Assembly: GCA_017521465.1 (NCBI GenBank)
Contig: JAFXCN010000011.1
Location: 4,148 to 68,147, forward strand
DNA length: 64,000 bases
Reading direction: 5' to 3'
DNA from: Clostridia bacterium
GTDB lineage: Bacteria; Bacillota; Clostridia; TANB77; UBA1234
Numbering within the stretch: the first letter of the stretch is position 1; the number at the start of each line of letters is the position of its first letter. Both the position numbers and the translations under genes were made by a program. The notes under the pieces were generated by a model. It did no database searches and was not told the origin of the DNA. It was given only the letters and a program-made list of their open reading frames with translations. Shown piece by piece: positions 11,770 to 21,983 of this stretch.

Positions 11770-12313
11770 TTATTTTATAATACACGGCTCTTTTGGTACT
11801 CCATATTCAAATTGGTTTGCTTGGTTACAAGATTTTATAACTTCAGAAGAAAAACAAGTATATGTGCCAGATTTTCCGATAGGTGTAAGGTATCAAAATT
11901 ATGAAAATTGGAGTAAGTTGTTAAAAGTATATTTAGATTTAGGCTTAATAAATGAAAATACAACAATAATCGGACATAGCATTGCTCCTATATTTATTTC
12001 AAAATTTTTAGTAGAAAATAAAGTAAAGGTTAAAAAGTTAATCTTCGTATGTGGATTTAACAATTATTTAGGAATTAATGAAGAATATGATGCAGTAAAT
12101 AAAAGTATGTATTTTAACAATTTAGAAGATGTTAAAAAATGTGCTGAAGAAATAGTTTGCTTTTATTCAGATAATGATCCGTATGTGAAATATGAAGTGG
12201 AAAAAGAATTCGCAGATATAGTAGCAACGGAGCAAATTTTATTAAGAGGTGCAGGACATATAAATGCAGAAAGTGGCTTTGATACATTTGAAGATATAGT
12301 TAGTTATTTATAA
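11762..12313 (+). CDS. Alpha/beta hydrolase (RBBP9/YdeN-like serine hydrolase)
   Basis: 'FIIHGSFG', nucleophile elbow 'GHSIA'; RBS GGAGG before ATG 11762. Confidence 0.6.
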   Translation: MDNYFIIHGSFGTPYSNWFAWLQDFITSEEKQVYVPDFPIGVRYQNYENWSKLLKVYLDLGLINENTTIIGHSIAPIFISKFLVENKVKVKKLIFVCGFNNYLGINEEYDAVNKSMYFNNLEDVKKCAEEIVCFYSDNDPYVKYEVEKEFADIVATEQILLRGAGHINAESGFDTFEDIVSYL

Positions 12314-12326
12314 TAGGAGGAGTCAA

Positions 12327-13001
12327 ATGGAAGAAATAATGACTGCTAAACAAAAAAGAGATAGCGTAAAAAAGAATTATGATTTAATAGCAAAGCAATA
12401 TAGTGAAGAGTTCGGAAATTATATTGAAGATTTAGATGTTTATGAAGAATTTGAAAAACATTTAACTCCTAATGCTAAAATTTTAGACTTGGGTGCAGGA
12501 TCTGGAAGAACTTATGCTTATTTTAATAAAAGAGGTTTTGAGTATATTGGTTTAGATTTCTCAAAAGAAATGAGAGACTCAGCATATAAATTACACGGAG
12601 AATTCCCGTATATTGTAGACGATATGGTTAATATAAAAAATCACTTTGATAATAATTCGGTAGATGCTATTTTTGCAGTTTATTCTTTATTTCACTTACC
12701 AATAGAAGATTTAAAACAAGTGTTATCAGATATATATGATATTTTGAAAGATAATGGAGTTTTTCTTTTTACATATCAAATAGGAAAAGGCGAAGAAATG
12801 GCAGATGAGCCTTATTTAAATGAAAAAGGTAAAAAAGTCTTATATATGAGTTATCAAACAAATGAAGAAATAAAAAGTCTTTTAAATATGTTTTCTTATA
12901 CAGCAATATATAGAAAAGAAAAGGTAGAAACAACAGAAAATGCTATTAATAGTAATGATGTTGTTACAGCTTTTGTATTAGTGAAAAAGAAAGATAAATA
13001 G
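12327..13001 (+). CDS. Class I SAM-dependent methyltransferase
   Basis: 'ILDLGAGSGR' motif I. Confidence 0.75.
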   Translation: MEEIMTAKQKRDSVKKNYDLIAKQYSEEFGNYIEDLDVYEEFEKHLTPNAKILDLGAGSGRTYAYFNKRGFEYIGLDFSKEMRDSAYKLHGEFPYIVDDMVNIKNHFDNNSVDAIFAVYSLFHLPIEDLKQVLSDIYDILKDNGVFLFTYQIGKGEEMADEPYLNEKGKKVLYMSYQTNEEIKSLLNMFSYTAIYRKEKVETTENAINSNDVVTAFVLVKKKDK

Positions 13002-13030
13002 TACTTTATTATAAAAATGAGGTAAAAGCT

Positions 13031-13441
13031 ATGTTAGATAAATATAGACTAAATCATTCGTTTGCAGTGGCAAATAAGATGATTGAAATTGGTAAGAAGT
13101 TTAAACTAGGAGAATCAGAATTACAAGACTTATTTATATTAGGATATAATCACGATATAGGATATGAATTTTCTATTGATAAGACAGAACATAACATTAT
13201 TGGAGGACAAATATTAAAAAACAATGGATATAAGTATTGGAAAGAAGTTTATTATCACGGAAATCCAAATGCAGAATACAATTCGTTATTTTTAAAAATA
13301 TTAAATATGGCAGATATGCAAATAGATAAATATGGTAATGATGTTGGATTTGATAAAAGACTAGAAGATATAAAAAATAGATATGGGGAAGATTCAATTC
13401 AGTATATTAATGCTAAAAGTGTTATTGATTCATTAATGTAA
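13031..13441 (+). CDS. HD-domain protein
   Basis: 'GYNHDIGY' H-D motif. Confidence 0.5.
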   Translation: MLDKYRLNHSFAVANKMIEIGKKFKLGESELQDLFILGYNHDIGYEFSIDKTEHNIIGGQILKNNGYKYWKEVYYHGNPNAEYNSLFLKILNMADMQIDKYGNDVGFDKRLEDIKNRYGEDSIQYINAKSVIDSLM

Positions 13442-13464
13442 TAGTTTTATATCTAGGAGGAAGT

Positions 13465-13932
13465 ATGGAAAAAGTTATAATAAGAAAAGCAGGACTAGAA
13501 GATTTAACTTCAATACAAAAATTGAATGATAATTTATTTGATTTAGAATTTAACAATTTTGATGATACGCTAAAAAGAGAATGGGCATTAGAAAAAGAGG
13601 GACAAGAATATTTTGAAGATATGATAAAAAATGAAATAGTATTTGTTGCACAAATTGAAGATAAGATTGTTGGATATCTTGCAGGTAGTATTTGCGAACA
13701 AATAAGTTATATAAAAGAAACTTTTGCAGAGTTAGATAATATGTGCATAGATGATAAATACAGAAGATTCGGTATAGGAACATTGTTGATAGATGAATTT
13801 AAAAAATATTGTAAAGAAAAAAATATGCAAAATATAAAAGTAACAGCATCAGCAAAGAATAGCAGAGCAATTCAGTTTTATATTAAAAACGGATTTGAAG
13901 ATTATAATATTACTTTAAAATTTAAAATATAG
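13465..13932 (+). CDS. GNAT family N-acetyltransferase
   Basis: 'RRFGIGTLL' acetyl-CoA-binding motif. Confidence 0.8.
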   Translation: MEKVIIRKAGLEDLTSIQKLNDNLFDLEFNNFDDTLKREWALEKEGQEYFEDMIKNEIVFVAQIEDKIVGYLAGSICEQISYIKETFAELDNMCIDDKYRRFGIGTLLIDEFKKYCKEKNMQNIKVTASAKNSRAIQFYIKNGFEDYNITLKFKI

Positions 13933-13944
13933 GAGGAATATATC

Positions 13945-14319
13945 ATGGGATCATATGTGGAAATTAATGATACTTTACAGATTACAAAAGAACAAGGTTT
14001 TCCAAAAGAATTAAAATTGGAAGAACATTTGAAAAATCCATATGTAGCCGAAGATTTTAAAGATAAAATATTTGAGTTCAAGGACAAGCCTAGTATTAGA
14101 AATTATCAAATGCCACCTGTAAGAAACTTTTTGGCAGAAAATATTGACGGGAAATGGCTATATTGGGGTCAAATACATATGCTCGAAGTAAAACACGACT
14201 ATGTGAATAAAACAACATCAGGAAAATTTAAAATTATTTATATTAATAAACCAGAAGAAATGGAAATGGCTCATAATCTTATTGATAGAAACAAGGATAC
14301 TTTTTTTGAGGTTAAATAA
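13945..14319 (+). CDS. Hypothetical protein
   Basis: ORF with RBS 'taggaggaatatatc atg'. Confidence 0.5.
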   Translation: MGSYVEINDTLQITKEQGFPKELKLEEHLKNPYVAEDFKDKIFEFKDKPSIRNYQMPPVRNFLAENIDGKWLYWGQIHMLEVKHDYVNKTTSGKFKIIYINKPEEMEMAHNLIDRNKDTFFEVK

Positions 14320-14335
14320 AGAAAATATTGTATTA

Positions 14336-14370
14336 TGCCAAAGAGTCCGTCACTGATGGCACTGATGGCA
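14336..14370. repeat. REP-like repeat, copy 2 (inverted orientation, partially duplicated arm)
   Basis: tgccaaaGAGTCCGTCactgatggcactgatggca. Confidence 0.55.
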
Positions 14371-14534
14371 TTAAAACGCAGATAAAACGACAAATATCAA
14401 TGTTTTATGGCATGTCAGCTGCACTAAAAATAACCTGTAAATATATTAAAAATAAGTTTTAAATTAACAAAAAATTATATAAAAAAACACAACCGCATAA
14501 ACGGTTGATGAGAAAAAATTAAGGTGGAAATGTA

Positions 14535-15146
14535 ATGATAAAAAATATAATATTCGATTTTGGAAATGTTTTATTAGAATGGGATGAAGAAAAAATTGTA
14601 AACGCTTTATCAAATAATAAAGAAGAACAAGAAATCTTGAAAGAAGTTATTTTTAAGTCTGAGGAATGGTCTAAGCTAGATAATGGTTCTATGAATTACC
14701 AAGACGCTATTTTAGTATTTAAAGAGAAATTGCCAATCAATTTAAAAAATAGAATAGAAGAAATAATGAGTACATGGTATGAGAAAATGCGAATAAATGA
14801 AGAAATATGCGATTTAATAAAGAAATTAAAAGAAAATAATTATAAAGTATATGCGTTATCAAATACTCATGTTGCGGTATATGAATATGTTAAAAATTTA
14901 GAAATAGGAAAATATTTTGACGGATTTTTAATATCAGCAATTGAAAATATGATGAAACCAAATGAAGAGATATATTACAGATTATTTGAAAAATTCGGAT
15001 TAGTTCCAAATGAGTGTTTTTTTGTAGATGATAGTGAAAAGAATATAGTAGCCGGAAGAAAATGCGGTATGGAAGGACATATTTTTAATATAAAAGATTT
15101 TCAAAAACTGATAGATGAATTAAATAAAAACAATATATTGGTATAA
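14535..15146 (+). CDS. HAD family hydrolase
   Basis: 'IIFDFGNV' motif I, 'FVDD' motif IV. Confidence 0.75.
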   Translation: MIKNIIFDFGNVLLEWDEEKIVNALSNNKEEQEILKEVIFKSEEWSKLDNGSMNYQDAILVFKEKLPINLKNRIEEIMSTWYEKMRINEEICDLIKKLKENNYKVYALSNTHVAVYEYVKNLEIGKYFDGFLISAIENMMKPNEEIYYRLFEKFGLVPNECFFVDDSEKNIVAGRKCGMEGHIFNIKDFQKLIDELNKNNILV

Positions 15147-15147
15147 A

Positions 15148-15447
15148 ATGGAGATTATAATGAGAAACACGCAAGAAATTTTAAGATTTTTAAGAGAAGA
15201 GGTAAATGAAAAAAATATTGACGAAGTTATTTCTACTTTTACTCAAAAGTTAAATGAAGAAGGAAAGGATGCTGATTACTTTGTATACACAGATAGTCAG
15301 CGATGGAAATTATCAATTGGTGAAAACAATAAAGGCTCTGGAATTTCATCTGATCAATGTTTTATAGCAGAGAATATAAAGTTAAAAATTATTAAAACAT
15401 TTATGAGCCTCATCTACGGAGAAAAGATGAATTTTTATGGCTATTAA
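15148..15447 (+). CDS. Hypothetical protein
   Basis: ORF track only. Confidence 0.4.
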   Translation: MEIIMRNTQEILRFLREEVNEKNIDEVISTFTQKLNEEGKDADYFVYTDSQRWKLSIGENNKGSGISSDQCFIAENIKLKIIKTFMSLIYGEKMNFYGY

Positions 15448-15497
15448 TTGGCTTTTAGAATATAAATTAGTTGATATATGAAATCGGAGGAATAGAT

Positions 15498-16193
15498 GTG
15501 ATAGATAATAAAATAGTTACAGCCATAATATTAATTGCTGGAAATAGTACAAGATTCGGGAAAAATAGAAATAAGAATTTTGAAGTTGTAAATGCAAAAC
15601 ATGTATTTGCTTATAGTTTAAAGGCCTTTGATAGAAATGCATATATAGATAATATAATAGTGGCGGCAAGAGAAGAGGATTTTCAACTAGTTAATAATAT
15701 TATAGAGAAAGAACAATTATCTAAAAAGATAGCTGTGGTTTTAGGAGGAAATACAAGAAAGCAGTCGATATATAATTGTATAAAAAATAGTGATTCAGAT
15801 ATTGTAATTATTCATGATGGTGCAAGACCTGCTATAAAACAAGAATATATTGATAATTGTATAGAAAGTATGGAGAATTTTAGTGCTGTAACCATTGGTG
15901 TGAAAGCGAAGGATACGATTAAAATAACTGATGAAAATAATATTGTAATTAGCACTACTGAGAGAAGTAATACATGGATGACTCAGACACCTCAATGTTT
16001 TAGTCGTGAAATTTTATTGCAAGTGCATGAAAAATACATGGATGATGATGTTACAGATGATTGTGAGTTGTTGGAAAAAGATAATTTCAAAGTTAAAATT
16101 ATAGAAGGAGATTATACTAATATAAAAATTACTACATATGAAGATTTAGATATAATAAAAAATTTTTTATTAAAAGGGGGATTCTATGAATAA
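15498..16193 (+). CDS. IspD/TarI-family cytidylyltransferase (start GTG 15498)
   Basis: 'AIILIAGNSTRFG', 'GGNTRKQS', 'IHDGARP'; RBS GGAGG 7 nt upstream. Confidence 0.7.
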   Translation: MIDNKIVTAIILIAGNSTRFGKNRNKNFEVVNAKHVFAYSLKAFDRNAYIDNIIVAAREEDFQLVNNIIEKEQLSKKIAVVLGGNTRKQSIYNCIKNSDSDIVIIHDGARPAIKQEYIDNCIESMENFSAVTIGVKAKDTIKITDENNIVISTTERSNTWMTQTPQCFSREILLQVHEKYMDDDVTDDCELLEKDNFKVKIIEGDYTNIKITTYEDLDIIKNFLLKGGFYE

Positions 16194-17400
16194 TAAAAAG
16201 TACAAATTTTTAGAAAAAAGTTTGGCGGAATTAACTGAAAATAATATTATTTCTGAAGAACAGTTCGCGAAAGCGAAAACATATTTTAAGCACGATACTA
16301 AAGAAGGAAAATCGATGATAACAATTTTTACAAGCATTGGAATTTTCTTGGTAGCCCTTAGTATAATTACATTATTTGCAGTTAATTGGGACAATATTGG
16401 AAAAAGTATAAAAGTGATGCTTGCTTTTGTTCCACTTCTTATTACTGCAATCATGATGTTCTTTTATATGAAAAATGGAAATGAAAAACTTAAATTGTAT
16501 ACAAGTATATTTGCTCCTATTTCGATATTAGCGACAAACTCTCTTGTTGGGCAGATTTTTCATATTCAGATGGAAACTTATGAATTATTTTACATATCCT
16601 TATTATCATATATGCCGATTGCATTTACTTTGAAAAATTATTTGTCGCTTATAGTATATTGTATTGGTACCATTACGTATGTTCTTAATGTTCCACACTA
16701 TTATTTTGAAACATTTGCTAATGCGTTTGCTATCGCATTGCCTATAATAATTTATTATTACATTAATTATAGAAAAGAACCACATAGTAAGAAAAATATA
16801 TTGATGTGGGTTACAAATATTATTGTTGCAACTATGATGTTGTTTGAAATAGAACTTATTAGAGCTGAATCTATATTTATTTATGGATATTTAGTTTATC
16901 TGGTGACAAAAATGTTGTTTGGTTCAAAGAACATTTTAAGTAAGTTTTTAAAATTAGTATTTGTAGTTTGTATGTTTGTTTTCTGTTTTGAGGATGTAGC
17001 TATTCAATATGAATTTGGATGGGATACTGTACTTATTACTGCCTTGATAATAGTATGTATGTGTATAGGGAAAATTTACAAAGAGACAAAAGAATGGTTT
17101 TTAGTTGCTTTCATTGTATTAATTCAATATTGCAATATTCCTGATGAAATTTTATACATACTTATAAATATATTAGTTCTTGCATTAGGAATATATAAAA
17201 TTGTTAGTGGAAGTAAAAATGCCATATATAAAGAAACGAAACAAGGTGTTGCAACAGTAGTGCTTTTAATTATGTTTAGATTTATGAGTTCAGATTTAAG
17301 TTTCACTGAAAAAAGTGTTGTATTTTTAATTTCTGGTATTGCATTTATTATTGGTGCGAATATATTAAAAAAGAGAATAGGAGGTAAAAATGATGAATAA
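16186..17400 (+). CDS. Polytopic membrane protein, DUF2157-like
   Basis: ~10 TM helices; paired with a GDYXXLXY-type gene downstream. Confidence 0.45.
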   Translation: MNNKKYKFLEKSLAELTENNIISEEQFAKAKTYFKHDTKEGKSMITIFTSIGIFLVALSIITLFAVNWDNIGKSIKVMLAFVPLLITAIMMFFYMKNGNEKLKLYTSIFAPISILATNSLVGQIFHIQMETYELFYISLLSYMPIAFTLKNYLSLIVYCIGTITYVLNVPHYYFETFANAFAIALPIIIYYYINYRKEPHSKKNILMWVTNIIVATMMLFEIELIRAESIFIYGYLVYLVTKMLFGSKNILSKFLKLVFVVCMFVFCFEDVAIQYEFGWDTVLITALIIVCMCIGKIYKETKEWFLVAFIVLIQYCNIPDEILYILINILVLALGIYKIVSGSKNAIYKETKQGVATVVLLIMFRFMSSDLSFTEKSVVFLISGIAFIIGANILKKRIGGKNDE

Positions 17401-17935
17401 AATCGAAACAAAAAAATTGTTATTATACATATTTATAGTTGCTGTTTTGTTTTTACTTCCTATATGCACAATTATAGTAAATACTGATACATTAGAAGGC
17501 GGAAATGAATTCTTGTTTAAAGTAGAAGCTTTTGACCCTTATGACATGTTTAGAGGTAATTATTTAGATATAGATTTTTTAGAAGATTCTGTAAATAATG
17601 ATGAAACTTATGACATGAATTATGGCGAGAGATGTTATGCAACTATAAAAATACGAGAAGATGGTTTTGCATATTTTGATAAGTTAACGCAAGAGAGACC
17701 AAGAGATACATCAGATTACTATGAAACAACTGCAAGATATGGTGGAATGATAAACACACCAACAAGATATTACATGAATGAAAACAAATCGCTTGATGCT
17801 GAAAAGGTCTATGAAGAAAATCTTGATAATACATATGTAAAAGTTAGAGTAAAAAATGGTAAGATGGTTATTGCTGGGGTATTTGTAGATGGTGTTTTAA
17901 TAGATACAATAGAACCGCAAGAAAATAAACATTAG
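17390..17935 (+). CDS. GDYXXLXY-domain-like protein
   Basis: 'FRGNYLDIDF' motif, N-terminal TM; overlaps the upstream membrane gene. Confidence 0.45.
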   Translation: MMNKIETKKLLLYIFIVAVLFLLPICTIIVNTDTLEGGNEFLFKVEAFDPYDMFRGNYLDIDFLEDSVNNDETYDMNYGERCYATIKIREDGFAYFDKLTQERPRDTSDYYETTARYGGMINTPTRYYMNENKSLDAEKVYEENLDNTYVKVRVKNGKMVIAGVFVDGVLIDTIEPQENKH

Positions 17936-18046
17936 ATACCTTTTAAATCTTTATTCTTATTTATGCATAAAAAATAGTTAAAAATGTTGACAAGAAGTTA
18001 AGTTATATATTATACTTACATTGTTTCAATTCGAGGAGGGATTTTT

Positions 18047-18172
18047 ATGAAAAATAAAATTCTTTGCCAATTGAATATTGAAAATTTTCTTTGTGGAGTT
18101 GAAGTAAACGGAACAAGCAAAGAAAACAACAAAGTAGCAAAATTAATAACGTACATACAACCTAGAGGCTAA
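18047..18172 (+). CDS. Autonomous 41-codon small ORF (MKNKILCQLNIENFLCGVEVNGTSKENNKVAKLITYIQPRG)
   Basis: Promoter TTGACA(17987)-18-TATACT, RBS GAGGAGGG 6 nt before ATG, own terminator 18161-18192. Confidence 0.35.
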   Translation: MKNKILCQLNIENFLCGVEVNGTSKENNKVAKLITYIQPRG

Positions 18173-18192
18173 CGAGCCCCTAGGTTTTTTGT
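18161..18192 (+). terminator. Rho-independent terminator
   Basis: cctagagg...ccctagg followed by TTTTTT. Confidence 0.6.
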
Positions 18193-18303
18193 TGCTTAAA
18201 TTAGTACAAAACAAGTTTTCAAGGGGAGGTTATAAATAATTAAGAAAACATTTCAAATGTACTATAAGTAGCAATTATGTATAAAAAAGAAGGAGGTATT
18301 TTT

Positions 18304-18774
18304 ATGAAAGATTTATCATTTATGCTTGATGATAATGTAAAATTGAATGTAAGAACAACAGGAATTTTCTTAAATGATGGAAAAATATTAGTTCATAAGT
18401 GCGGTGAAAATGAACACTATGCACTTCCAGGCGGTAGAGTACAGGCGCGAGAGGATTCGATTACAGCGCTAAAGAGGGAAGTTTCTGAGGAGCTCGATTT
18501 GGAGATTGAAAATACTTCTTTTATTGGTGCGGTTGAGAACTTTTTTACAGTTCCTGAAGCTAAGTTTCATGAGTACATGTGGATGATTAAATGTGATTTT
18601 AAAGATAAGTCGGTGTATAATCAAGAACAAATAATTGGTCACGAAAAGGATAAAGAAATGATTTTTGAGTGGATTGATGTAAATAAGCTAGAAGAGTTGG
18701 ATTTTAAGCCTATTGAAGTTATTCCGTATCTAAAAAATATTGACGGCAAAGTGCATCATATGATAATTAAGTAA
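18304..18774 (+). CDS. NUDIX hydrolase
   Basis: Nudix box 'GGRVQAREDSITALKREVSEELDL'; RBS AAGGAGG before ATG 18304. Confidence 0.8.
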   Translation: MKDLSFMLDDNVKLNVRTTGIFLNDGKILVHKCGENEHYALPGGRVQAREDSITALKREVSEELDLEIENTSFIGAVENFFTVPEAKFHEYMWMIKCDFKDKSVYNQEQIIGHEKDKEMIFEWIDVNKLEELDFKPIEVIPYLKNIDGKVHHMIIK

Positions 18775-18927
18775 GAATTTACCAATGGTAATATACCGTT
18801 GTTTTTTTCATTAGAAAACTTTTTATGGCGAAATCTGTCGAATATATGATATAATGACGGTACTTCAAAAAACAAGAAGAAGAAGCAATTAAAGAAAGTT
18901 GCAATATAAATGTGAAGGTGAAATTAA

Positions 18928-19671
18928 ATGTGGAGATATTGTTATACAATATGCAAAAATATAGTTAGAATATTTGAAGCTGTAAAAACGATGACAGATT
19001 ATACAAAATTATCAAAAACACGTCCTGATGAATATACTGAAGAAGTTAAATATAGATATGTTCAGTATATTTCTGAAGTTATGCAAAAAACAGGGAATAT
19101 AGAAACAGAAGTATATGGTGAAGAAAATTTGCCTAAAGATGGTGGTTACATGATGTTTCCAAATCATGAAGGGAAATATGATGTTTATGGAATTGTTTCT
19201 GTTCATAAACAGCCATGTACTTTTGTAATAGATATAAAAAAATCAAATGGTATTTTTATTAAGCAAATTACAGACTCACTAGAAGCAAAAAGATTGGATA
19301 AACAAAATAACAGACAGGCTATGACAGTTATTAATGAAGTTGCAAAAGAAGTTGCAAACGGAAGAAAATATATTTTGTTTCCAGAAGGAAAATTTGATAA
19401 TAAAAAGAAAAATAGCTTGATTGAATTTAAGTCTGGATGTTTTAAAATTTGTTTGAAATCAAAAGTTCCAATTGTGCCAGTAGTGTTGATAGATTCATAC
19501 AAACCGTATAATAGCTGGTGCTTTGGAAAAATAAAAACACAAGTACATTATTTAGAACCTATCTTTTATGATGAATATAAAGAGCTATCTACACATGAAA
19601 TTGCTGAATTAGTGAAGAGCAGAATAGCTAGTAAAATTGAAGAAGTAACTGGAAATAATGCTGTAGAATGA
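18928..19671 (+). CDS. Lysophospholipid acyltransferase (PlsC family)
   Basis: 'FPNHEGKYD' (HX4D-like), 'FPEGKF'. Confidence 0.6.
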   Translation: MWRYCYTICKNIVRIFEAVKTMTDYTKLSKTRPDEYTEEVKYRYVQYISEVMQKTGNIETEVYGEENLPKDGGYMMFPNHEGKYDVYGIVSVHKQPCTFVIDIKKSNGIFIKQITDSLEAKRLDKQNNRQAMTVINEVAKEVANGRKYILFPEGKFDNKKKNSLIEFKSGCFKICLKSKVPIVPVVLIDSYKPYNSWCFGKIKTQVHYLEPIFYDEYKELSTHEIAELVKSRIASKIEEVTGNNAVE

Positions 19672-19686
19672 TTATTAAAAGAAAAG

Positions 19687-19917
19687 TTGGTAGCAAGTTG
19701 TCAAATGTTGGAAAGTGATAGCAAATGGAACTGGAAAAACGAACTTGAAGAAAGTAAAGAATATTTAGTGATTATGAAAACGAAGAAAGAATTAGCAAAG
19801 GAAATTTTTGAAATAATTAAACAAATTCACTCTTATGAATGTTTTGAGTTTGCTATTTTTGAATTAGATAGTTGCAATGAAGATTATTTGAAATGGATAG
19901 AGGAGGAAACAAAATGA
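19687..19917 (+). pseudogene. 5'-truncated second cutA copy
   Basis: ~85% nt identity to cutA 11520-11769; homology starts exactly at the in-frame TGA of the acyltransferase; lacks ~26 N-terminal codons. Confidence 0.55.
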
Positions 19918-20540
19918 TTAAAAATATTATTTTTGATTTAGGAAATGTAATTGTTCAAAATCCAACACCAAATATTGTTGAAAAGTTTTTTAAAGAAAAA
20001 AATGATGGTAAAAATTTTTATGAATACATCTTTAAATCAGAGTTTTGGAAGATGATGGACCTAGGTCAAATAACTAATGAAGAAGTTGCGAATGTTATAG
20101 AGAATCAAAGACTTATTGAAGTAAGTGATTATACTGAAGTGAAAAATTTTATGCTTAATTGGTTTAAAGAGATAATTGAAAATAAAGATACCATCGAGGT
20201 GGGTAAAGCGTTGAAGTGTAAAGGATATAATATATACGTTTTATCAAACATGGCAAAATCTACATATGAATATTTGGCTGGAAAATATGATTTCTTTAAT
20301 ATAATTGATGGTGCTGTTGTTTCGGCTTATGAGGGAATGAAAAAACCAGATTTAAGAATATTTAATGTGCTTTTAGAAAGATATTCATTACTTGCTGAAG
20401 AATGTTTGTTGATTGATGATGATGATACAAATAAAACTTTTGAAGCGGCAAATTCTATTGGAATAAAAGGTAGAAGAGTAAATCCGAATGATGTAGAAGA
20501 TGTAAAAAAATCTTTGATAGAAAATAATGTTGAGTTGTAG
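19914..20540 (+). CDS. HAD family hydrolase (paralogue of 14535-15146)
   Basis: 'MIKNIIFDLGNV' motif I; RBS GGAGG. Confidence 0.7.
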   Translation: MIKNIIFDLGNVIVQNPTPNIVEKFFKEKNDGKNFYEYIFKSEFWKMMDLGQITNEEVANVIENQRLIEVSDYTEVKNFMLNWFKEIIENKDTIEVGKALKCKGYNIYVLSNMAKSTYEYLAGKYDFFNIIDGAVVSAYEGMKKPDLRIFNVLLERYSLLAEECLLIDDDDTNKTFEAANSIGIKGRRVNPNDVEDVKKSLIENNVEL

Positions 20541-20606
20541 AAATAGTTTGGCATAATAAAACATCTTGCCGAAAAAAGTTTTGAATGAAGGAGTATATGA
20601 AGAAAA

Positions 20607-20870
20607 ATGGATAACAAAGAATTAGAAAATGAAATAATAAAAATTAAAGAAAGAAATAAAAAAGTAGAATTAGATAAAGCATGGGAAACTAGCTGGACAA
20701 GAAAAATATGTATTTGCGTATTAACATATATTGTAGTTGTTACATATTCTCATTTGATAAATAAAATTAATAATATATGGTTAAGTTCACTAGTTCCTGT
20801 AATAGGTTTTGCATTATCAACTCTTTCGCTAAAATTAATTAGAAATGTTTGGGAAAATAGAAAGAAGTGA
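20607..20870 (+). CDS. Small membrane protein
   Basis: Two predicted TM helices. Confidence 0.4.
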   Translation: MDNKELENEIIKIKERNKKVELDKAWETSWTRKICICVLTYIVVVTYSHLINKINNIWLSSLVPVIGFALSTLSLKLIRNVWENRKK

Positions 20871-21901
20871 AGTTTGTGAAAAGTAAATATTTAGACATGC
20901 AGGATGTAAATGATTATAGTGTTTTAGACGAAGCAGCGAATATTATAAATAATGGTGGATTAGTACTATTTCCTACTGAAACAGTTTATGGAATTGGTGC
21001 TAATGCATTTGATGATGAAGCGGTTAAAAAGATTTTTATTGCCAAAGGACGAGCCCAAGACAATCCACTTATATTACATATTTCTGATATGGAAATGCTA
21101 GACGAAATTGCAGAAAATATTTCAGAATTAGAATATAAATTGATGGAAACATTTTGGCCAGGACCGTTTACTATTATATTAAATAAAAAGAAAAATATAG
21201 CAAATCAAGCTACATGTAATGGCGACACAGTTGGAGTCAGAATGCCTAGTAATAGAATTGCTTATGAATTGATAAAAAGAGCAAATGTGCCAATTGCTGC
21301 ACCAAGTGCTAATATTTCCGGCCGACCAAGTGGAACCAATATTGACGATATAATTGAAGAGTTAGAAGATAAGGTTGATTATATGATAAATGGCGGAGAA
21401 ACTGAAATTGGTTTGGAATCAACTGTAGTAAGAATAATAGAAAACGAAATAGTAATTTTTAGACCGGGTAGAATAACAAAAGAAGATTTATTAAAAGTTG
21501 CTGAAAGTGTAAATATTGATAAAAATATAATGAAACATATAGCAAATGATGAAAAAGTTTTATCACCAGGAATGAAATATAGACATTATGCTCCAAAGAC
21601 TGATTGCAAATTAGTTTATAATCCAGATAATGATAAATTAGTTGAAGAAATTTTAAGCATTGCACAGGCAAATAAAAATGTTCTTATTGTGTGTACAACA
21701 GAAAATATAGAAAAGTTTAAAGAATATAGTTGTATTGATATGGGAAGTAAAAACGATTTGTTACAGATATCGCACAATTTGTTTTCGATTTTAAGAGATA
21801 TAGATAGATCTAATGCAAATTTAGCAATTATTGAAGGAGTAAAAGCTGAAGGAATAGGTCTTGCAATTATGAATAGGCTTATAAGAGCATGTGAGTTATA
21901 A
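20867..21901 (+). CDS. tsaC: L-threonylcarbamoyladenylate synthase (Sua5/YwlC long form)
   Basis: 'LFPTETVYGIGANAFD', 'KGRAQDNPLILHI', Sua5 C-terminal domain. Confidence 0.85.
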   Translation: MKFVKSKYLDMQDVNDYSVLDEAANIINNGGLVLFPTETVYGIGANAFDDEAVKKIFIAKGRAQDNPLILHISDMEMLDEIAENISELEYKLMETFWPGPFTIILNKKKNIANQATCNGDTVGVRMPSNRIAYELIKRANVPIAAPSANISGRPSGTNIDDIIEELEDKVDYMINGGETEIGLESTVVRIIENEIVIFRPGRITKEDLLKVAESVNIDKNIMKHIANDEKVLSPGMKYRHYAPKTDCKLVYNPDNDKLVEEILSIAQANKNVLIVCTTENIEKFKEYSCIDMGSKNDLLQISHNLFSILRDIDRSNANLAIIEGVKAEGIGLAIMNRLIRACEL

Positions 21902-21983
21902 AAGAAAGTTGTATAATTAAACAATGAGCTCGTTTGAAATGAATAATGTTTTATGCTAAAATAAAAAATAAGGTGAAAAAAGA

